Source: a virus (taxonomy: Duplodnaviria > Caudoviricetes). From it: a stretch of DNA of 64,000 bases. How positions within the stretch are numbered: the stretch's first letter is position 1; each line of letters begins with the position of its first letter. Location: the IMG/VR virus record IMGVR_UViG_2931369376_000001, positions 1 to 64,000 of that record. The stretch is one strand, 5' to 3'. Under the pieces are notes generated by a model that saw only the letters and a program-made list of their open reading frames with translations, was not told the DNA's origin and searched no databases. A program made the translations under genes and the position numbers. Of the stretch, positions 8,548 through 16,384 are shown piece by piece.

Positions 8548-9075
8548 TCAGCGCAATGGCGCCGTGGTGCGACCCCCCATGCTGTCGGTGTGGGGGTGCT
8601 GCTGCACGCTGATTCCGTCGCTGGTGATATCCCCGCCGGTCTGCGTTACCGGTCCTTGGACGGACAAGGCGGACGCTATTGCTGCAATGGAAGCCGGCGT
8701 GAGCACCAAACTGGTCCCGCCAACGATGAACTCAATCTTCGCGCCTGCGTTGATGGTAAACACCTGGTCGGTGTTGAACTCGAAGTTGTCGTGGTTCCAG
8801 CGCCTGGTCGATTGCTCGTTACCCGTGTTGACCGGGCGATTTCCCACGATGATCGGGTAGCGCCCGTCGCCATTACGGAACGCGAGCCACACAGGCATTC
8901 CCGGCAACATGCGGATCTCCGTATCGGTGGAGTCATCCCCCAGCGGGTTGCACAGCTCTGCCACTGGCCATTCACTTGCCCCATCGGTGTAGGGTGAAAA
9001 CGATACGCGGATTTCCCGACGCTGGCGGTTGTCCGTGACCTCTTCCACAAAGCCCGGCGTGTAGTTAGGTAGCAT
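8548..9075 (-). CDS. baseplate central spike (gpV-like)
   Basis: OB-fold-like N-terminus (GFVEEV, MPVWLAFRNGD..YPIIVG), beta-repeat body, C-terminal HxH (QHPHTD) tip motif. Confidence 0.8.
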   Translation of the reverse strand: MLPNYTPGFVEEVTDNRQRREIRVSFSPYTDGASEWPVAELCNPLGDDSTDTEIRMLPGMPVWLAFRNGDGRYPIIVGNRPVNTGNEQSTRRWNHDNFEFNTDQVFTINAGAKIEFIVGGTSLVLTPASIAAIASALSVQGPVTQTGGDITSDGISVQQHPHTDSMGGRTTAPLR

Positions 9076-9964
9076 TGACCAATTTCCCCATCCAGAGGCG
9101 ACTGTAGCTCTCCATCGCCCCGGTTTTCTGAATGGCCGCGTGGGCGGCGGTGATGACCACCAGATTCTCCCCGCCGACCGTCAGCACGTTCCCGGCCTGA
9201 ATCTGCTGGCACTGCTGGGAGTCGACGGTTTTGCTTCGCACCAGCACGCACGAGGCGTTGCGAAGTTGGCGCTGATCACCCCGCGGCATAAAGTTGATCA
9301 CCCGCGACTCTCCCATCTGGCCGGTAACGATCGCGCCTGAGTCGTTCACGCTGTACCAGCTTGGCACCTGCTGAAGCTCGAGGAATTCGCTGTCGACCTT
9401 CGCGCTTGCGTCAACCTGGCCAATGTCGTCGACTGGGGACTGCCTGGCCAGGTCGGTCAAGCGCATGACCTGTAACCTGCCCCCCACCAACACCAGGGCG
9501 GCGCCCTCTTCCTGAAGAACCGTCGCCACACCGTAGCTTGGCTGTGTGCCCCGAAGGCAGGTGAAGCGCGGTACCGAGAAGTCACTGCCTATGCGCAGGT
9601 AGGCACCGCAGCTGCGCAGTACGGCGGAGAACGGCGCATCGCGCATTACTACTGCCTGGGCGCTGGGTTCGGCCAGGGGCGCACAGCTGGCCAACAGCGC
9701 GATGACGCTCATCGCCTGTTGTTGCTCTTTGCCCTGCACCTCACCCAACGGCGGTGCCTTTTGTGTTTTCACGATCTTGTAGGGCAGGTTCTCCCGGCCC
9801 GACCAGATGGTGGCGCCCCGCTTGAGCTTGGCTTCAACACCGTCAATGAGCTTGACCGTGAACTCCAGGTTGCGCGGGATAGGGGTTAAGTCCGATCGAC
9901 TCACCCAGCGAACTACGACGTCGGTGGGCAGTTGATCACCGTTCTCACTCAGATATACGTTCAT
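9065..9964 (-). CDS. baseplate hub protein
   Basis: Position directly upstream of the spike; size. Confidence 0.55.
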   Translation of the reverse strand: MNVYLSENGDQLPTDVVVRWVSRSDLTPIPRNLEFTVKLIDGVEAKLKRGATIWSGRENLPYKIVKTQKAPPLGEVQGKEQQQAMSVIALLASCAPLAEPSAQAVVMRDAPFSAVLRSCGAYLRIGSDFSVPRFTCLRGTQPSYGVATVLQEEGAALVLVGGRLQVMRLTDLARQSPVDDIGQVDASAKVDSEFLELQQVPSWYSVNDSGAIVTGQMGESRVINFMPRGDQRQLRNASCVLVRSKTVDSQQCQQIQAGNVLTVGGENLVVITAAHAAIQKTGAMESYSRLWMGKLVNAT

Positions 9965-10706
9965 CGCCTTCCACCAGGTGTTCGCCGTCGTGGCCCACGC
10001 GCTGCTGAGCTCGCACTTGTTGAATCACTGGATAGCCTGGCGGTACGTTGGCACTGCCGTCGTTCGGCTCGCTCTCTCCAGGAGCCCGGAGAATAGGCAC
10101 AACGCATTTCAGCGCCACATCCGCGGCAAGGATCTTCACGTTCTTCAGGTCGGTATCGACCTTCATCCAGTCGATACGCTTTGTCTCCAGCTGCATCGCG
10201 CCCGACACCTTGTATTGCCCGAACGAGTACTTGGCATCCATGTAGCGCCGGTGGGGCTGCTGCATGAACGCGCTCAGCTGCGCCGCCAGTGATTTGGCTG
10301 TATCCCCATCGCTGGCAATGATCGCCACCTGGATACGCCGGTCGTGCATGTCCTGCCTGTAGTCGTACCAAGACCCTCCCTCATGGATCTGCACCCGCTC
10401 AAACCCTGTGTGGTGGCCACCCCAATCGGCGCCTGTACCCAAAAAGTCGTCGTCGGTGGCCAGCAGCACCACCGGCAGCTTGGTGGTTGCGCCTTTCGGA
10501 CCGTTCTCGTTCTTGCGGTACTGCGCGAGCATCGATTCCACCTGGTCGAGCATGCGCGACGGCGCCCATTGCATGGCCTGGGCCGGGCGCCTGGTGCTGA
10601 ATTCCTTCACCCCGGGTGTATCGGTGTACAGTTTGTTAAACCAGTCAAGCATGTACCAGCCGAAGGCCTCCTTTTGCTGGATGAAACTGCCGTTCGAGTC
10701 AGCCAT
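9945..10706 (-). CDS. P1 gp24-like tail completion/terminator protein
   Basis: IQVAIIASDGDTAKSLAAQL resembles P1 gp24 as recalled; position in the tail cluster. Confidence 0.45.
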   Translation of the reverse strand: MADSNGSFIQQKEAFGWYMLDWFNKLYTDTPGVKEFSTRRPAQAMQWAPSRMLDQVESMLAQYRKNENGPKGATTKLPVVLLATDDDFLGTGADWGGHHTGFERVQIHEGGSWYDYRQDMHDRRIQVAIIASDGDTAKSLAAQLSAFMQQPHRRYMDAKYSFGQYKVSGAMQLETKRIDWMKVDTDLKNVKILAADVALKCVVPILRAPGESEPNDGSANVPPGYPVIQQVRAQQRVGHDGEHLVEGDERISE

Positions 10707-10717
10707 TGGAGACCTCG

Positions 10718-11197
10718 TTAAGCCGCGTCGAGCAGCGTGATTGGATTGCCAGACGTCTGCGCGGCACTGGGCAGCATCCACAGGTGCTGTGGGGTGATTC
10801 GGGCGCCAATTTCAGCCCGCAGCAAAGGGGCCTTCGCCTGATTGAAGGCCCATGCCACGAACTCAGAACAGAAGAACCGCCTTTTGGATTCCCAACGATC
10901 GGAGCGGAACAAGATGCCAAGCAACCCAAGGTAGTCGTAGCCGGCACCGATTTGACTCATCGCGGCAGACTGCACGGCACATGCGTCGGGGCAGGGCATA
11001 TGGACAAGGGCGGCATAGCTGGACTGTTCCAGGCGCGCTTTGAGCGGCGCGAGAGTCACGCCCCCAAACATATTCGCCCCGATTACCTTATCGCCCACCA
11101 CGATTTCGACATGGCTGAACGCCGACCAGGTAACGCAACGAATCAGAAGGCTGCCAATCATACGGCGGCGGGTGAACAGAACTTGTACCGATTGCAT
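10718..11197 (-). CDS. permuted papain-like (YiiX/NlpC-P60) amidase
   Basis: FSHVEI...GAGYDY...FFCSEFVAWAF (His before Cys). Confidence 0.75.
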   Translation of the reverse strand: MQSVQVLFTRRRMIGSLLIRCVTWSAFSHVEIVVGDKVIGANMFGGVTLAPLKARLEQSSYAALVHMPCPDACAVQSAAMSQIGAGYDYLGLLGILFRSDRWESKRRFFCSEFVAWAFNQAKAPLLRAEIGARITPQHLWMLPSAAQTSGNPITLLDAA

Positions 11198-11802
11198 TAT
11201 TGCAGCTCCCCCTGTGCGGCGCCGGCGCTGTTACCGATGCCTTCTACGGCCTTCAGAATGGCTGCCACAGTCGCATCGGCGAGTGCCTGCGCCTCTTCCT
11301 GCTTCTCATCCGTCATGAGCGCCCGGATTTGTTCCTTGGCTCCCAGTCGCGTGGTGCGGATGCATACCAGAGCGTTATTGTAAGCCGCAGCCTCACCCAA
11401 AATGCTGTTTGCAGCTTGCTGAGCAGTGCGCCCACTGATTGCCCAAGCGGCCACCATAGGGGGCACCGCATCGTCCGGATATCCGGCATCTTTGAATGCC
11501 TGCGCTTCATCGGCAGCCCGTTGGTACTCAACTGCACGGAGCGGATCGCCGGCCACCGCTTTCCGCGCCATATCGGCGGCATCATCCACCTGAGCGCATA
11601 ATTCTGGGCAGGACGGTAGAACCACTGGCGGATCGACTAGGATCGGCAAGCCATCAGCGTCATGGCCGCGGACTTTCCCAGGTGCTGGGTTGGCAATCAC
11701 CTGGTCATAGCGGTCATCCGGAATGTTCACTGCATCGGCCGGAATTACCGTATGGAAGCCCACGATGTAACAGTTTCCGGTAGTTTTGCTGTATTTCCGC
11801 AT
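11197..11802 (-). CDS. tail fibre assembly chaperone
   Basis: MRKYSKTTGNCY...IPADAVNI; follows the tail fibre gene. Confidence 0.75.
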   Translation of the reverse strand: MRKYSKTTGNCYIVGFHTVIPADAVNIPDDRYDQVIANPAPGKVRGHDADGLPILVDPPVVLPSCPELCAQVDDAADMARKAVAGDPLRAVEYQRAADEAQAFKDAGYPDDAVPPMVAAWAISGRTAQQAANSILGEAAAYNNALVCIRTTRLGAKEQIRALMTDEKQEEAQALADATVAAILKAVEGIGNSAGAAQGELQ

Positions 11803-11804
11803 GA

Positions 11805-13856
11805 CTATTTCCCCACGCAAATAAAGGTGTATCCGACGATGCCGGCAGGAACTGCAATGGCCCCTGCGCTTACGGTACGCGCCAGAACGTCAATCCCATT
11901 AACGGACGCCCCTTGACAGCTCATAAACGTTGCGGAGCTTGATGTACTAATCGAGTAAGCCAGCAGCGAAGTATTAAAAGCCATCGCCAGATTTATATGG
12001 GCTGTACCTGCTCCCGCGGGAATTTGACCGTTTGCCCACTGGATAACAAAATTGCCGAGCCACGACGGGAAAGCGAGATAGCCGTTTGAACCAAAGCTAG
12101 CTGCAAACCCCCAACGCATTGTCTTTGGCGTGACCACAACGTTATCTAGAACGCCTGCGTCTACTTGCGCCTGCGTGGCTAACTGGTCGCTACTCAGTAA
12201 ATTGGACCAATACAAAACGCCGCCGGGCATGGTGTATTGACCTACCCAAAACCTCCGGTTACTGCTCGATGTTCCGGTTTCAAACACGTAGTAATAAGTG
12301 CAATCACTTCGTGGAGTGATTGCCAAAACGCCCAGTACCTTGTTGTCACTCTCGGGAGGCGCATTAGGTGTAGCAAGGTTTGGAACAAGTGCCCCGTAAG
12401 CCAGGTATAACCCCCCGGTGTTTATCGCCTTGAAGTCACCCAGGACGGGCGCGCCGACACCCCCAAGCCCAAATTGACCGATACTAATCTTTCCTGTCAT
12501 AAGGTCTTGCATGGCTGTCGACTGTACGTCGCGTACCGAGCCATCCTCGGCGTACCAGGCCGTGCCCCCGGCAGTCGACAAGGTGATAGTGTCGAACTGC
12601 TTAAGGATGATGGAGCCACCGTCCCCAACCCCAGGCATACCCGCGACGTAGTTGGTTGCCGGCAGCTTTATCGTAACTGCGCCGGTTGAAACGTTAGTGA
12701 AGTTGACGACACCCCCGTTAGGGCCAGTACTCCCCAAAGGCAACGTGACGGTGAACGGATTTACCGAGTTAAGTAAGTAGCCCATGCCAAACGTATTGAC
12801 TGCGGTCAGGGCTGTGTTAGCGCTCAAGCTACCAATTGCTGCGTGGTTACCCGAACTCTTTTTGACGAACTCTGTAGTGGACAACTTCGTTGTGTTATCA
12901 AACAGGGCTGGTGTTGGGGCCGAGGGCGAACCAGTTAGCGCCGGACTGGCCAATGGTGCCTTGAGCAACAGTCCTTTAATAAAACGCCGAACTGACACCC
13001 AACTAGTACTATCTACAGCCGTTGTTCCTGTGACCTCCGCCTCGGTGGCCTCGGCGCTCGCAAAGCCCGCACCAGCAGTAAGCTGGAACGTCGCGCCGTC
13101 GTAATACACGTCATAGACGCCGCCGGCCACAATGCTTCCAGCCGTGAGAGGGACCCCTCCGGTCTTAAGCACCTGCACCGGCCCGACGCCCTCAACATTG
13201 ATCGTGGTGTCGCCGGTATTACTGCTGAGTGCCTTGAAGCTAAAGCGGTTGCCCTTGATATATTGGGTGAGTTCCACAATATCCGGGAGGGTCAGTGTGA
13301 TGGCGTTGGCAGTCCCGCCCACGTCGCCCCACAGATGGCCCTGGTAGTCCGGAAACTTGGCACGGAGTACATACTGGGGGTGGGCGTTGTAAGCGCCTTC
13401 ATGGGCGGCCAGCGCGGCCAGCGCCACGCTTTCGTCGGGATCGATGACAAAGCTGATGCTGTTGGCAGGGACTGCGGAAAACGCCAGGTCATTGAACAGG
13501 ACGTAGGTCACGCCATTCGTCTTGTAAGACGCAACGGTACCGTCGGCCTTCGACCAGACGAAAGCCAGCGTATCGCCGGCCCAAAACGCGATCTCGCCAA
13601 TACCGACCTGGCCGACATCCTCGCGCCAGGCGCTGACCATACGGATTTGATAGGGCGTTGGGCGACTTGCTCCGGCGACCGGCACCTTGTTCCCCACAGG
13701 GGCTACAAGCTCCAGCTCTTCCCCGGTGGGGTCGTAATGCGCCGTGCCGAAGGAAACGTGCGTGATTTTGAGCTCAAGCCCGTCATTGCTGGCGTTGAAC
13801 GCGGCAGCCTGCCCCGCCAAAGTCAGTGTCGGGTTGATGATAATCGGGTCAGCCAT
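11805..13856 (-). CDS. tail fibre protein
   Basis: Baseplate-attachment N-terminus (TLTLAG..ITHVSFG), SPALTGSPSAPT..TTEFV repeat, C-terminal GYLAFPSWLGNFVIQW domain. Confidence 0.85.
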   Translation of the reverse strand: MADPIIINPTLTLAGQAAAFNASNDGLELKITHVSFGTAHYDPTGEELELVAPVGNKVPVAGASRPTPYQIRMVSAWREDVGQVGIGEIAFWAGDTLAFVWSKADGTVASYKTNGVTYVLFNDLAFSAVPANSISFVIDPDESVALAALAAHEGAYNAHPQYVLRAKFPDYQGHLWGDVGGTANAITLTLPDIVELTQYIKGNRFSFKALSSNTGDTTINVEGVGPVQVLKTGGVPLTAGSIVAGGVYDVYYDGATFQLTAGAGFASAEATEAEVTGTTAVDSTSWVSVRRFIKGLLLKAPLASPALTGSPSAPTPALFDNTTKLSTTEFVKKSSGNHAAIGSLSANTALTAVNTFGMGYLLNSVNPFTVTLPLGSTGPNGGVVNFTNVSTGAVTIKLPATNYVAGMPGVGDGGSIILKQFDTITLSTAGGTAWYAEDGSVRDVQSTAMQDLMTGKISIGQFGLGGVGAPVLGDFKAINTGGLYLAYGALVPNLATPNAPPESDNKVLGVLAITPRSDCTYYYVFETGTSSSNRRFWVGQYTMPGGVLYWSNLLSSDQLATQAQVDAGVLDNVVVTPKTMRWGFAASFGSNGYLAFPSWLGNFVIQWANGQIPAGAGTAHINLAMAFNTSLLAYSISTSSSATFMSCQGASVNGIDVLARTVSAGAIAVPAGIVGYTFICVGK

Positions 13857-13884
13857 AAATCCCCCATGAGGTGTATTTATGGCA

Positions 13885-13925
13885 AGCGTACAGGCCGAAA
13901 AAGGGGCTAATTTAGGTGACTTTGC
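13885..13925 (-). promoter_or_regulatory. late promoter (tail fibre)
   Basis: GCAAAG-N29-TACGCT. Confidence 0.6.
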
Positions 13926-14623
13926 GTCCCTTTTGCCCCCGCGCTGCTGTAGGTAAGGTTTGAGCCGCCCGCTACATGCGCCGGCCCAGTGGTAGCCGGA
14001 CTTTCAATCGGTGGCTGAAGGTATAACGCTGTTCCCGTTGTCCGGCAGACCAGGACAGAGTTTCCGGTGAACATGACGCCGTAGGTGGATTTCGTTGTTC
14101 TGGCCGATCGCAGCTCCAAGACAAAACGCGCCGCCACAGCGGTGCGCGCGGCCTTCAGGATTCGCTCCGGAACAATCTGCGTCTCGATATCCACGCGCAG
14201 GCGACTGGTCAGGAAAAAATCGGCCTCCTGCTCGCCAGCGGCCAGCATTTCAGCCTCAGACATGACGTCAACAGGATAGGTACCGGCCTTCCTGCACCAC
14301 AGTTGATCGATGGTGAAGACATCGCCGAACAACGCCCGCAAGTAGAACCTCAGGAAGTGCGTGCCGCGCTGTGGATTCAAGTACCGCCAGGCCTTGAACA
14401 GCATGCGGGTTTTGTCGCTTGCGGTATTGTTTAGCAGTGCCAGCCCGTCGTTGTTCAGCCCCAGGCTGATGAAGTTGTTCGGCCCAAGGTGCGGCATCCC
14501 AAGCGTATTGGCGTCGATCACATCGCCCGCCAGGTTCTTGCGGTAGAGACTGATGGCCAGGGCCTTGAGTTCCGATTCAATCTCATCGTACTCGGCGCTG
14601 CGCTGTAATGGCTTGAGTTCCAT
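13907..14623 (-). CDS. baseplate wedge protein (P1 gp16-like)
   Basis: Synteny between bplA and the tail fibre; RGTHFLRFYL motif. Confidence 0.6.
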   Translation of the reverse strand: MELKPLQRSAEYDEIESELKALAISLYRKNLAGDVIDANTLGMPHLGPNNFISLGLNNDGLALLNNTASDKTRMLFKAWRYLNPQRGTHFLRFYLRALFGDVFTIDQLWCRKAGTYPVDVMSEAEMLAAGEQEADFFLTSRLRVDIETQIVPERILKAARTAVAARFVLELRSARTTKSTYGVMFTGNSVLVCRTTGTALYLQPPIESPATTGPAHVAGGSNLTYSSAGAKGTQSHLN

Positions 14624-16008
14624 CAGTTGGCTGTCTCCGTGAGGATTTCCAAGCTCTCTTCAGTGACGTAGCGGAAATGTTCAGGAAAGTCCGCAGTGTC
14701 ATCGCCAATCATATCGACCGAGATATCCGCGACTCGCTGGGTCAGCGCTGGTACGTTCTGGCGCAGGAGGTCGTAGATGTCCTTTTTCAGCATCTTGGCT
14801 TCACCACGCTTGGCCCAATCCGAGTTGCGCCCGTAGCTCTCCAGGATCAGCGCTCGAACGGCCTGCTTGATCGCAGCTGAATCGTAGGTAGATGGCACGT
14901 AGAGGGTCAGCTTTAGCGGCACGCTCTTTTCGATCGCTTGGAGGAACTGAAGGCGATAGCTGTTATCGGCCAGCCTGATGATCTCGCGAATTTGGCTTTC
15001 CAGCGCAGCCTGTGCCACGCCCTCCTTGAGTACGGCCACAAACAGTTTGTTCATGTTGTCGACGGACGCGGGGCGCACGGCCTCTTCTTTCCGCTCGTTC
15101 CACACGTTAAGAAACGTGACCGCACCCAGCTTCCTGCGCACCAGAAAGTCGAAGTTAGACAGGTACACCGCGTTTTCATTGTAGATGCCTGGGAACGAAC
15201 AGATTTCTCGCATGGTTGGGACGCTCATTGGCCCCTCGCCGATCTGCGTCACTTCAGACAGCTGCATGGTCGCCTTTTCGGTTGCATCGCTGTATTCGAA
15301 GTAGAAGCCCATGCCTACGCTGGGACTGATGTCGCCCTCGGTGTCATAGATCGAAATATTGATTTTCGATCCGTTGGCCGGCTGCAACCCAGCCAGCCCA
15401 TTAACGCCGAACACCAGGCCGATAACCTGATTTTCATCCGTCTGGATGTGATAGGTCATGTCGCCATCGAGCACGTTGCAGAACTCGGGAGCGTACTCCC
15501 ACCCTGCCACCGATACCTCTGCAATGTGCCCGATCTCAGGCTCTGCGAGTTCGATCGTATAGAACGGCTGATTTTGCGCCACCGTATGGATAACGGTTCG
15601 AAGCTCAACCTGCCGCGCAACGATGCTGCCAGTGCCGCCGGCAAGTACCTGGGCGCCTGTCGATACCCGCCACATCCGCCCATTCTGGTCGCGCAGCACA
15701 CGCCCGGCCAGGATCTTCAGGACCTCGGCGCCGGTGTTTATGACGCTGATGACCGCAATACAGGGCCTGCCGAACGGCAAGACAGCCTTCACCGACGCAT
15801 CCGCCAACACAGTCACGTCACGAGCCTTCAGATACACCTCACCGGTGGTGACCTCCACTTGGTTGGCCACCTCCGCCAGCATCGTCGCTATGGACGCCAG
15901 GCCTTGCGTAATCAGGGGGTCGCCAATCTGGAAGCGCTTGGCCAGGGTCGGGTAGTTGGCGATCTCGTCCGCCGCGGCCTGAATGAGCTGATCTTTAGTA
16001 ATTGCCAC
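14623..16008 (-). CDS. bplA: baseplate wedge protein (BplA / baseplate J-like)
   Basis: 461 aa, between the pmgA-like and gp16-like genes; YLKARDVTVLADA, AVYLSNFDFLVR. Confidence 0.7.
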   Translation of the reverse strand: MAITKDQLIQAAADEIANYPTLAKRFQIGDPLITQGLASIATMLAEVANQVEVTTGEVYLKARDVTVLADASVKAVLPFGRPCIAVISVINTGAEVLKILAGRVLRDQNGRMWRVSTGAQVLAGGTGSIVARQVELRTVIHTVAQNQPFYTIELAEPEIGHIAEVSVAGWEYAPEFCNVLDGDMTYHIQTDENQVIGLVFGVNGLAGLQPANGSKINISIYDTEGDISPSVGMGFYFEYSDATEKATMQLSEVTQIGEGPMSVPTMREICSFPGIYNENAVYLSNFDFLVRRKLGAVTFLNVWNERKEEAVRPASVDNMNKLFVAVLKEGVAQAALESQIREIIRLADNSYRLQFLQAIEKSVPLKLTLYVPSTYDSAAIKQAVRALILESYGRNSDWAKRGEAKMLKKDIYDLLRQNVPALTQRVADISVDMIGDDTADFPEHFRYVTEESLEILTETAN

Positions 16009-16312
16009 GGGATACCTCTGTAAGATCCGAAAGGCTCAGCAACTGCCCGGCCACTTCGATATGAACGTTTTTGATGTCGACACCTTCAGACGTGGCGTAC
16101 AGGTTGACGGTCCCCGCCGGCAGGGCTTCCAGGACAGGGATATCCTTGAGCATTTTGGCCAGGAACCAGTCCGCCAGCGGAGAATTGAGAGGCTTTTGCT
16201 GCATTTCTTCTATCGGGTTGCCGTAGGTGCTGCCGTAGTAGGTGTTCGGCTTCGTCGCCCACCAATGCGCGATCATGCGGAAAATCAGGTCTGTGTTTAA
16301 CGTATCGGCCAT
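15995..16312 (-). CDS. PmgA / T4 gp25-like baseplate wedge protein
   Basis: YYGSTYGNPI motif; size and position. Confidence 0.65.
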   Translation of the reverse strand: MADTLNTDLIFRMIAHWWATKPNTYYGSTYGNPIEEMQQKPLNSPLADWFLAKMLKDIPVLEALPAGTVNLYATSEGVDIKNVHIEVAGQLLSLSDLTEVSRGNY

Positions 16313-16340
16313 GACGGGCACGCTCAGAATGCTTTGCAGC

Positions 16341-16381
16341 ATCTTGGCAAAGAAAACCGCCGCCCTTCGACAGCGGTTTGC
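16341..16381 (-). promoter_or_regulatory. late promoter (baseplate operon)
   Basis: GCAAAC-N29-CAAGAT. Confidence 0.6.
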
Positions 16382-16384
16382 GGG

